Shown piece after piece: positions 14,620 to 25,615 of a stretch of DNA of 64,000 nucleotides (position 1 is the stretch's first letter; the number at the start of each line of letters is the position of its first letter). The DNA comes from Antedon mediterranea. Lineage: Eukaryota; Animalia; Echinodermata. Location of the stretch: assembly GCF_964355755.1 (NCBI RefSeq), contig NC_092674.1, positions 3,720,001 to 3,784,000 on the forward strand, in the 5' to 3' direction. The notes under the pieces are model-generated. The model did no database searches and was not told where the DNA came from. It saw nothing but the letters and a program-made list of their open reading frames with translations. The position numbers and the translations under genes were made by a program.

Positions 14620-14778
14620 AGATCTGCCTACACTATCAAAATAGTTTGACAAAAAAGTGTGATGTGCACAAATATGGTAGTGATATTATCAAATATGTTA
14701 GTGATATGACATCATCATGTCCATATATGGGCACATCACATTTTTTGTCACATAAAGTTTGATAGTGTAGACAGAGCT
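14620..14778. mobile_element. PIF/Harbinger MITE family A, full copy
   Basis: Same TIRs as 10442-10598; TAA TSD. Confidence 0.85.
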
Positions 14779-14799
14779 TAAGATACTGTATATTCTTTC

Positions 14800-15075
14800 T
14801 CGTGAAAAGTATTTTTTTACATTTTTTTAACATGCCATTTTAATGTCACATAATTTTTTCCACTTTGACCAAAAATAGGATTGAAAAAAATTAACAATCT
14901 GCAATTTAAAGTAACAAAATAGTAAAATAGGCTGCAGTGCCAGCCAACCGATTTTTGGTTGAATTTAACCGTTTATTTTGTCTTTTTATAAATGAAAAAA
15001 TTATTTTTTTCGTTTTCTTTCTACAGTTCTAAGTGATTAACTTTATTTTAAACAAAAATAGAAAATGGCCAATCA
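14800..15075. repeat. Interspersed repeat, unclassified (reverse-complement copies near 44810-45080 and 48450-48730)
   Basis: Shared blocks ATGCCATTTTAATGTCAC...TTTGACCAAAAAT...TTTTTGGTTGAAT. Confidence 0.6.
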
Positions 15076-15432
15076 AAGTCAAAGTCTGATTTTATTCATC
15101 TTCATTTTTTGTGTTCAGTGCCATGGACACTCTGGCCATGGTCGCTGAACAAGACAATCTTTGACTTCATCAACATCACAAATTGTCTTTATCATCATTC
15201 TCATCATTTACCTCCACAACTCTAACACATCATTAGCAAACACAAATTCTTAATTTTTAATAAAAGGTTAAAACTAATTTGCTTCCATTACGAGTCATTC
15301 AGTCTTCATTAAAACAGACAAAACTCAGATAGGTCAACTACTGTACTAATGAATACTTTAAAAAAAATTTTTTTTAATTTAATACGAATTCAAGATTTAG
15401 ATAAATGAACAGTGGTGTTTGTAGTCTCTGAG

Positions 15433-15718
15433 TGCCGCTTACCTGGATAAACCAACATTAGTCTCTCTCCCGAATAAAGGAATACATTCGAAAATAACAA
15501 TATATATATATACCCATTTCAGATAATGGTATAGTCCATTACCAAAGTGACCTCAACACACCCAGTTAACATCGTCATCATTTTCTATACCATTTTCTAT
15601 ACCATTTTCCGACGGGATGTGATATTTTAATGTATATTAGTGTTCATCTATTCATAATGTATTCCCCTCTTCAGAGAGAGAGGCTATTGTTGGTTTATCC
15701 AGGTAAGTTAGGCATGAA
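15433..15718. mobile_element. MITE with about 55-bp imperfect TIRs
   Basis: GTGCCGCTTACCTGGATAAACCAACA... versus ...TGTTGGTTTATCCAGGTAAGTTAGGCAT; same terminus recurs near 9815-9840. Confidence 0.6.
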
Positions 15719-16922
15719 ATAGAAGTAGTGCAAACACAATATTACTGTAAACAACCTTTGTTTTTTTTCATGGAAATTATATAATCTAGTGATTGATTAT
15801 TATGTGAGGTTATATCAAGGATACCACCGAGGTAGTTGTAGATTGGCTAGAGGACTAATTTCAAAATGGAGTTCTTCATGAAGGAGAAGACTGACAAAAA
15901 GTCTTTAATTTGAGATCTACATCACTAATATTCCCACAAACTTGCCATTTCCCTGTCAAACTCAAATATTTCAGTAAATTAATTTATAGTAAGTCTGTAC
16001 AAGTCAATAACATCGATTTGCAGGTGTTGCTAAATCCTAACTAATCTCATCAAATCTCTTTGATCTTTTTAATTAATTTCACAGGTCTGTTTAATAATCA
16101 ATATTTTTACACCTTTTGCTTGCCACATTAACATCCTTTCTTGATGACATAGACTTTTTTCCTGGTGGCATACATACAGTATTTATCAAAAAAGAAAATA
16201 TTGGTTGTCTCAATATTATACTGTAGCTATACACTCGAGGATTGAAATAAAGGCACCGCCTACCAAATCCTTTGTAGTAACTCTAGCCCACATTTTTAGG
16301 TTAATCTATAATCTCTTATACTTTCTTTATGTAATGATAATTCCCTATTATTTATATATAGTGTCAACAACCCAAAATCCAAGTAAATTTTATTGCATAC
16401 TGTATGAAAATAAATCATATCTCATCATATCTTAATTTTACATTGTATGTTTCTGTTTGTTGGGCAGCCTATCTCAAGCTTTTTGTTGGGATTAGAACAG
16501 CATAGCCTCTTGTTGGCTAACAAACCTTGTTAGACTAGGTCTATGCCTTGATTGTCAGACGATCGGGCCCATGGATGATCGGATACTAACACGTGTGGAC
16601 CAACCAACCAAACGAGGACCAACCTAGAAGTGAACTCGTCTCTGTTGGCCCTGATGTTAAATTTAACAAAATAAATATCAAAGTAATGATGTCATTTTAA
16701 CTGTAGGTGAAAGTTGGAGTTCTTCTTGGGCTGGGTCAAACTTAAAGTCTTTATGACTTATATGCCCCCCACTCCCGCACATAATCACCTCATTGCATTT
16801 ATGTATGTATTTTATTATATTGTGGAAATAAATTGAAACTGAAATTGAATACAACCCAAGCACTTCCTCTTTGGATCTGCCCTGTTAACGCATGCCTTGA
16901 TCGGCACTGAATTTAGCCTTTA

Positions 16923-17095
16923 CCTTTAAAGCGGCTCTTGTTCGACCCAGCCTTTGTTGCCTCATATCGTGTATATCTGGACATTCAAGGGTCAAGGACA
17001 AAGATTCCACATCTCCATTGGGAATCATCATATTAGCAGCATCTGTCGTGTCTTTATTGTCATCATTAAAATCAACAACCTCATCTTCCTCCATC
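16923..17095 (-). CDS. Candidate first coding exon of an unidentified or decaying minus-strand gene (MEEDEVVDFNDDNKD...RTRAALK)
   Basis: Acceptor just upstream of the ATG, acidic protein-like ORF ending at AAG|GTAAAG; an upstream donor at about 17933 and a CTAG-rich island like those at the EARS2/DNAJC19 5' ends. No family recognised. Confidence 0.3.
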
Positions 17096-18269
17096 GTTGC
17101 TCTACCAGTAGTTAATAATGAAAAAAAGAAAAATTGATTCAACTGGAGTTTGAGTGCTATAATGCTAAACATGGATACACATACAGTACACATGTATAGG
17201 CCCATATCGCCACAAAAAGGAAACAAAATTGGGTTTTGACCTAATGTTGCCGTTCAGTGAATACTGGATTTCCCATTTTTTTTATGCTTAACTAAGCCTA
17301 CTACGCTACTTTTCGTATCAATCTATTATTTTGTGTTCAACAAATATTTCCTTGCACAATTTAAAATTGCGCAAGAAACTTGCCCTAATAATATTTCCTT
17401 GGGCAATTATTTCCTTGCGTAATTTCAAAAAATTGCGCACAAAACATCCAAGCAAGGTTTGTGGCATATAATAGCAATCGCTAGCTAAAGTTTGTTGATT
17501 GATCTAGATTGTCCATTTTTATTTTTACTTGTAAAGTTATATGAAAGGCTAGTAGTAGGCCTGTGTTGTGCATGCCCTCCGCAATTAGGTATTTTTTCTG
17601 CTAAATTTGACGTTACACTACAGACCTTGCCTGGATGTCACCTGCCTCCACCCCACTCACTGCCTGGTGCCAGGCCCAAGCCTACTTGTCTACTCCTCCT
17701 CCTCTTCTAGGAGACTAGGCCTGGCCCTCTACCTAGCTAGGTTTCTTACTTAGCTAAAGTTCTCAGTCATAGACTAGGCCTCGCCTAGTACTAGGCCTAC
17801 TCCAAGCTAAGCCTAGGCTACTACTAGTAGTAGGCTAGTGTACTAGCCTATTTAGGCCTAGCTAGAGGTTTATTAGCCAAAAATATGCTAGCTTTGCTGT
17901 TCTATCATTATTAATTGATTTGTTATAAACTTACACAATTGTTATTATTATTGTTTATACTAAATAATCAAAACTCTGCCCCCATCATCATGATATAAGA
18001 CAATTAAATATTTTGTTGTTTACACACACGGCGACAGTATATGACAGCTTCCCCCCAACGTAGGAGGTATATTCAGAGCGTCATTCTGACGACTGGGAGC
18101 GCATTCTCTCTCTACTTCTCTACGGAGCGCCATTTATGCCTTTATTAACTTCAATAATAGAAATAGTACTACGGTAACTGCTCAAGTGGACCCAATTTAG
18201 CACCAGGGTAGCACAGTGATATAAAATAGAAATAAAAGTCACTACTTTTAATATCGTTTTGTATATACC

Positions 18270-18950
18270 CATATCACAAACTGAAACATCTTGGCATTCA
18301 CATTGATTCAAATTTATCTTTTTCTTTTCATGTCAATAAACTCCGTTCCAAACTGGGCTTGTCCATCTCCATCTAGTATCGCGTACTCGGTCATTTCATT
18401 AATAAACACACATCCATACTCCTCTATAACACTATAATCCTCCCACACATTGACTATTGATGTAGTGTTTGGGGAATCAGATCGAATATTGACCGAATAC
18501 AGACCATTCAAAATAGAGCACTTCGCATTTAATATCCTTAAAGCTCATCCTCTCACACCAACTAACATTTACAACACCTTAAGTCTTCATACAGTCCAAG
18601 ATCGCATGCATCTACAACTGCCTTGCCTAAAGGTCTGCAAATGGTCTTGCTCCAGAATACCTTGCCCTGCGTCTTGCCAGAATTCCAAATCATCGATGTA
18701 CCCGAAGTGTCAGTGAGAGGAAATTTGTCGTCCCTTTCCCTAAAACTGAAACTTTTAAGAACAGCTTCATCTATAGAGCACCAACATACCTGAATTTGCT
18801 ACCCACCAAACTAAGAAATGAGGTAACAATAAATAATTTTAAGTCTGCTCTAAAAAAAAATGTTATCCCAAAAGAAAAAACCCAACGTTTTTTTTTTAAT
18901 GTCTGTATATGCTGTTTAGGGTCACCCTCACAAAATAAGGTTTAACAAAA
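18270..18950 (+). mobile_element. 5'-truncated, degenerate CR1/L2-group LINE (RT thumb and C-terminal region) inserted in the left arm of the foldback element
   Basis: Translates with stops and frameshifts as KHLGIHIDSNLSFSFHVNKL...LYNTIILPHIDY*CSVWG...IQNRALRI...GLAPEYL...TRS...VPFPKTETFKNSFIYRAP...LPTKLR...FKSAL, followed by an A-rich tail. Confidence 0.85.
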
Positions 18951-20682
18951 AAATAAAATAGAAATAAAGTCACTAAATTTTAATATCTGTTCGTATGTTA
19001 ATACAATGTGCTTAAGTGAACCCAATTTGGCCCCACACAGTGATATAAAATAGAAATAAAGTCACTAAATTTTAATATCTTTTCGTATAAAACACTGTGC
19101 TCAATTAAGTGGACACAGTTTGGTACCAGGGGAGCAGTGATATGAAATAGAAATGAAGTCACTCAAGTTTCAATCTTTTCGTATGTTAATACACTGTGCT
19201 CAAGTGGACCCAATTTGGCGCCAGTGAATTTTTTTTTTAAATGGAAAATAATGAATAATGTTTTTCTTTTATTTTGAAAGAGAGATATTTTGAGGATTGT
19301 AAATGTCAAGTGGAACTTTTTTTAAATCAGAAACAAAGTTGCATGGCATTATTTTCCATTAAATAGACTGCCATAAAACCTTGAAAAGAGGCCCATGTGC
19401 TCCTTCATTTTTAGTACTCTTGGGTGGGCTTCTTTTCCACATGGAGTTCTTTTCGAGATTACTTTTGTAAACTAAAGGAGGGGAGTTTCTAGATTCCCGC
19501 CCGGAAAATTGTATCTTTACATGATTTGAATTTCTAATAAAGATAAACAAAATCAAAATGTAACCTTTAAATTCAATTTTGTGGCGTGTTCACCGCGTAG
19601 GACTAACAATACCATCTTCCCCATTAAACCTGCACAAACTCATTTGCATAACAACGCAGGGCTTACCAAACTGTTTAAAATAGCTACAAGGTCCCTAGAA
19701 ATGACACCTATTGTATTTTGAAACATGATATATAAGAGTCTTCACTACCCCACCATGATTGGGGCTGAGCAAAGACAGTTTTGAAAAAAAAATTATTGAA
19801 ATATGAAATTAAATATTAAGTCTCCAGTTAAGGTAGAGCTAAGAATGAAAGCTGAGTCCCCAGAAATTATGAAACGAAATATAAAAGTCATTAGGACCAG
19901 CCATACAATGGTGATTGTTTCCTAAGTGTGAGACATGCACGGGAATTCAACAAATTATGAAATACAAACAGAGCTAGCACACAAAAGCCTACTTACTAAT
20001 TTTAATATTTCTATAATTTAGAAAACAATTAGATTTATCATATCACCTTTGATAATAATGTTAAATTTCAACTATCCAGATGCGAATTTTAGCTTGGGTT
20101 TTGAAAAAAATCGACTTCATAAATGCTTCAATTTCGAAGATCTGCTTAAAACATATTTATTTATTTATTTATTCTGCCATAAACTTTTATTCACAACATA
20201 ATATCAGTAGGCCTATGAAACGGATATTTAAAAATACACTATAATGTGTAACGGTAGAATTATAATTATAATGTAAAAGATTAACAAAATAAAAATTGAA
20301 CAGTGTTGTGTGTTGATCGCGAATAACTAACAATACCATCTTTCCCACAGCACATGTGCACACTCATTTGCATAACAAACGCACGGCATACCAAACTACG
20401 ATGAGATAAAATTAATTCTCTTCTAAACACGTAACGAAGAGAATTCCCATTTTTAACATTAAAATAAATTGAGGGCGCTAAACATAAAATTTATACCATC
20501 AAAGCAGTTGGCGTGAGCCAAAAAATAAAGATGGTAAATGTGCTCTCCCTGCCAGCACTATAGGCCCTGTCACATCACCAGATGCATTGATGTTGTCGCC
20601 TCATGATGTGTGGTGGAAAGGGGGGACGTCTGATCTGTGAACCCCAAACACAGTGGCTCGCATAGCCTTAACTCTATTCCAC

Positions 20683-20755
20683 CGACCAGCGTGGGACTCG
20701 AACCCACGACATACGTGTTGTTAACACGACGCTCAGACGACTGAGCTAACTGATC
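20683..20755 (-). tRNA. tRNA-like sequence (tRNA-Ile-type body, AAC/Val anticodon); probably a pseudogene or the head of a SINE extending to about 20520
   Basis: GATCAGT TA GCTC AGTCGTCT GAGC G TCGTG TTAACAA CACGT ATGTC GTGGG TTCGAGT CCCAC GCTGGTC G folds as a cloverleaf; D-loop lacks the invariant GG, 27:43 mismatched, no adjacent T-run terminator. Confidence 0.55.
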
Positions 20756-20850
20756 ATTTTGGTTTTAGCAAGGTTAATAGGATATTTATGACTTAATGAT
20801 CAATTACGTAATACACGTATAAATTGACTATTATCAGCTTTTCAGTCATG

Positions 20851-20932
20851 TACTTGGTGGCGTAACGGGTAATGCTCAGTTTTGAGTGCTATCGGCTGGG
20901 GTTCGAACCTCGACGGATATTTTTTTTTTTTT
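20851..20932 (+). ncRNA. Degenerate tRNA-derived Pol III unit
   Basis: A box TGGCGTAACGG (20858-68), B box GGTTCGAACC (20900-09), T-run terminator from 20920; acceptor and anticodon stems do not pair well. Confidence 0.4.
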
Positions 20933-21929
20933 AATAGAGATTTGTGACACTGTATTGTCGAACATGGTACCATACCGGTAGGTATTCAAATATGCTTAAT
21001 ACGAAAAGATATTAAGATTCAGTGACTTATTTCTATTTTATATCACTGTGCTCCACTGGCTCTAAGTTGGGTCCACTTGAGCACAGTGTATTAACATACG
21101 AAAAGATAATAAAATTCCGTGAATTATTTCTATTTTATATCACTGTGCTCCACTGGCTCTAAGTTGGGTCCACTTGAGCACAGTGTATTAACATACGAAA
21201 AGATTTTAACATTCAGTAACTTATTTCTATTTTATATCAATGTCCTTCCCTGGTACCAAATTGGGTCCACTTGAGTACAGTGTATTAAAATACGAAAAGG
21301 TATTAAAATTCAGTGACTTATTTCTATTTTATATCACTGTGCTCCACTGGTGCTAAATTTGGTCCACTGAACCAGTTACCGTAGTACTATTTCTATTTCG
21401 GAAGTAAATAAAGGCATAAATGGCGCTCCGTAGAAGTAGAGAATGCTCGATCGTCGAAATGACGGTCTGAATATACCTCACGTCAGTCAACGTATTTTTA
21501 AGTATGTAGAGGGCAATTTATACTTTAATATTCATAAAAAAATGATACAGTGAGTAACAATAAAACAATACATTTAATAATAATGTACTTAAGTTAGCAC
21601 GTGGTATAGGCTAAGCCTAATAAATACATATAAAGTACAATACTTGCTAAAGTAAGAAAGTATAATGCAATCACCAATAAAAAGCAAACAAAAACAAGAC
21701 AAAAGTTGAATTTTTGACATTTATTTCACATATTTTAATGTTTATGTTAAAAACATCACCCACCCATCCGGTGACCTGTGCACCATGGTATAAACTTAGT
21801 GTGTAAGGTTTCACTTAAACAAACAATAAAGAACAAACATTTCAATATGATTATACCATCATTATTTATTAACCGTCGACCTTTATTTTTTTCCTTTCAG
21901 CAACGCTCTCATGGCCGCCTGACACCAAC

Positions 21930-24119
21930 ATGGGGAAGCTCCTAACAACAATAATTGTTGTGGCTGGGATACTATCCGCCTTTTACGTCTATATACCAGT
22001 GCCCGAGGATCTTGAGAATCCGTGGGTATTCAGGCTGCTTGGTTGTCTAGTACGGTGTATGCATTGGATTGTAAGTAGGCTACAAAAACAGCGTGTACTA
22101 AACTATAGCACTCACTATAGGGTAGTAGGCTATTATAAGTTCTTTGGCTATACTGTGACATACTACTAAACTAACCGGAGGATGGTTTGACCCTTGACCC
22201 ACGCTCGATTCAAACCGCTTGGAATACCCATCTAGCGCAGTTTATATGTATTATTGATTGTAGGCTTAGAAATTCACTGCCAGTCAATACTGCTATGTAA
22301 ATGGAAATTATTTTACATGCAATAAGCCAGGCCCAAGGAGGTAATTGGCGCAATAAAGCACACATCAGTGAGTGACCCTGAAGCAGTACAGTAGAGTCAG
22401 CTGCAGCTAGCTCAGTAATTATCGCATCGGTGCACACACACACCCTAAACATGCGCAGTAGGTACGATTTTTCTATACACTTTCGACCAATCGGTTACTG
22501 ACATACCACATCGAGCTTCTAATCTTCTGTCGATGAATTTACTTATATGTAACTTTTCTTTGCAACAAATAGTCAATAAATGTGCTTACTGTATTTGTTT
22601 ACTGTTTATAAATTATTAATATATTTCCAATCGATTTTTCCAAATAGATGTACTATGAAGTCAAATACACGGACGTTTCTTCTGGGTTATTTGCCGATCG
22701 ACTACAGTTTCCTATGCCAGAAAATAACAATAACTCATTGACAGTGACCACGACTGAGTTTGACGGTGTTCGTGTCATTTTATTCCAACCTAACCTACCT
22801 ACCAGCAAAGAAGACCAGTTACTACCAGCTATTGTCTATTTTCATGGCGGAGGCTTTGTTTTGGGCAATCCGGGTAGGTTGAACAGAAAGAAGAAACCCG
22901 TTGTGCTTTCTGTAATGAAATATATTATAATTAATTATTTATTAAATGCCTTTTGTTATCATTGCAGATATTATGTATAAAGTAACACAGCGCATGTGCG
23001 TGGAACTACAAGCGGTAGTGGCATCTGTGGAGTAAGAGTTTTTCTTTTTTTTTTATTTTAAAAAGTGTAGCCTAAAACGTTTTTAGAAATCGTGAGTCCT
23101 GTACTAATTACTAAACCAGTTTGTTCGGAATAAACCCATCTATACAGACTACATCGCTGCGAAAAATACCACCAGTACTGTGTATTATTACATATTCCGC
23201 GGTGTCTGTTAAAAGGCGTGGAACTGTACGTGTCGCAGCCACAGATAAACTATTTGATCTCCTGAGCTGAGCATAATGTTGTTACTATTGCCTTAGTTTA
23301 ATTTCTTCCTTCTCTTACAGCTACCGACTTGCACCAAAGTACAAGTTTCCAGCAGCATTTGAAGACTCGCTGAAGGCAACAAAATGGCTCCTTACCAACG
23401 CAAAGAAGTACAGCGTAGACGCCAGAAAAGTTGCGATAGCTGGGGACAGCGCGGGAGGTTTATTATCGGCTGCTGTCAGTCAATTCATAAAAGATGACCT
23501 CAATGTTCCGAATCTTTTATTTCAAGCTTTAATTTATCCAACCGCGCAGCAGATTGATGTCAATCTACCGAGCACTCAGCAGTACCACGCCATATTTGGC
23601 AACAGAGGTATTGTGTGTAAACATGATATGGCAATGTTCATAGGACTATATGCCTTTGGTGAATTCAGACAAGACTACTACGATGCATTCATGACGGGTA
23701 CATTGACGTCACGTGAGTTCAGAGAGACGTCAGAGTTGATGCAGTACATTGATCATGACGTCATATTGAAGTCTGGCGTTCGATCCAGACATTACGTAAA
23801 ACCAACGTCACAGACAGACAACTCTAAATTGTGGCACGACCTAAAAGATGTCTTATTGGATGTACGTATGTCGCCGTTGTTAAGGAAAGACATGTCCGGT
23901 CTACCCCCAGCTTGGATAGCAACTTGTGAATACGACCCTATACGAGATGATGGCATATTGTACGCACATCGACTCAAGAATGACGGCGTACACGTGAGCT
24001 TTAAGAATTACGAAAAGGGGTTTCATGGTGCTTGGATGTCAGAGTTCAATTTGGTTGTTTATAATGAAATGATGACAGATTTTATGGTTTTCGCTAAAGA
24101 GTATATAAAACCCAAATAA
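21930..24119 (+). CDS. AADAC: Arylacetamide deacetylase / NCEH1-like esterase, copy 1 (409 aa)
   Basis: Exons 21930-22070, 22648-22873, 22968-23031, 23321-24119, GT-AG with consistent phases; N-terminal signal anchor, HGGG oxyanion motif, YRLAP, GDSAGG, DPIRDDG, FHG. Confidence 0.92.
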
Positions 24120-25218
24120 AGAATGTGTGTTAATTAGCTAAAAACCATCAATGTTATTTATTTGTTAATATGAACCAAATATTTTCACTATGGAAACTAC
24201 GTGTGACGTGTCGGGGGTCGTCGCCTGCTATTTTTTAGGGGTCCGATACTCGGAAGGGGGTGGGGTAGGGTGGTTGGTGGAAATGGACAATGCAAAAGAT
24301 TATAGGACGTCAAATTAAGTTCAGTACTATATTTCACCATGTTTACCCCTACCCCCTACCCCCTACGCCCTACCGGGCCTTAAAAATCCTATCCGCTCCG
24401 CCACACGGGAGTGGGGGGGACCGCACATCCTCTACCCGATAGAAAAGGCAGCGTTTTATATCTCAGTTTGATTTATTCCCTATTAGTACCGTAATTCGTC
24501 AACGAAAATAGCACAAGATAGCATATACAATACTGAAACAACAGTTGTATTTGTTGTCTATCATTAATGTTGTTTTTCGAAATACAATGTTAATTTGAAT
24601 ATTTTTACATTGTACGATTTTTATTATATATATTTTTTTCTAAATCTTCTGATTTTTTTCCTAAAGGGGGCTCTTTGGAAATAAGTCCTTTATAACTATA
24701 ACTAACTTTCATCTTCCATTGACTATCCTTTGTATCTCGTTTGTTGCCGATGTGTAAGTTGGTTTAAATGTATTGTTTTATTAATCTATTTAATGAATAA
24801 AATTCAATAAAAAATAAATTTAATAATAAGTGAAGAAGAATTAAAATAATAGGCCCTAATGTACAATATTTTATAAAAAGGAAAATCTTTTTAAACTAAT
24901 GTTTAAATGTTTTATTGTGTAATGTTATTATGCAAATAAAATAAAATGAAAATTTGTGCTTACATTTTTTTTGTATCCAATATTTTACACAGAGGCGCCA
25001 CAAAAGAGGTGCAACCACCTTAGCTTCCTCTCATTTCAAATTTCGTTAATGCATTTTCTATTTAATTTGGAAAACCGGCCGGATTAACAGATCATTTATT
25101 TAAAGCTCTTTTTTACACGCTGTAATAAAACAATAAATCATTTAATGAATTAATGGTTGCTTAACAGTGATAAGTAAAATGATATCTCTATACGACGTTA
25201 ATGGGATAACACTTATAA

Positions 25219-25391
25219 AGCTATGTCTACACTATCAAACTTTATGTGACAAAATAAAAGGGGATGTGCCCATATTATATGGACATGATGATGTCATATC
25301 ACTATACCATATTTTGGCATATCACTCACAATCGTAGTTGGTCACATTACATTTTTTTTGTCACATAAAGTTTCAGTGTAGACAGAGAGCT
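25219..25391. mobile_element. PIF/Harbinger MITE family A
   Basis: Same TIRs as 10442-10598. Confidence 0.8.
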
Positions 25392-25615
25392 TTAAAAGAC
25401 GTCGGATCAGACTCTTTAACAGTTCCATAAAATGACAACAAAAAGCGTTGTTTTTGACATTCATTTAGTGGTAGGTGAATATTAAAAACTTCCCACCATC
25501 ATGATCTGTGCACCGTGTCACAAAACAAACAATAAAGATTCAATTGATATGATTAAAACCGGCGGGGTCATTTTTGTCTGATTCCTCCCGCCAATCGCTC
25601 GCCGGTGCTGCAGAC

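Larger units (their letters stand above)
18064..21479. mobile_element. 3.4-kb foldback-type non-autonomous DNA transposon (Sola2-like termini)
   Basis: TIRs GAGGTATATTCAGA.../...TCTGAATATACCTC extend about 120 bp, then inverted arrays of a roughly 96-bp subterminal repeat (18180-18270, 18950-19225; 20985-21370). ACGT flanks both ends (18058-61, offset by 2 nt; 21480-83). Confidence 0.75.

Noticed and set aside
23792-23977. Conserved antisense ORFs (MSRCAYNMPSS...) in four AADAC copies
   Set aside because: Shadow of the conserved sense exon 4.
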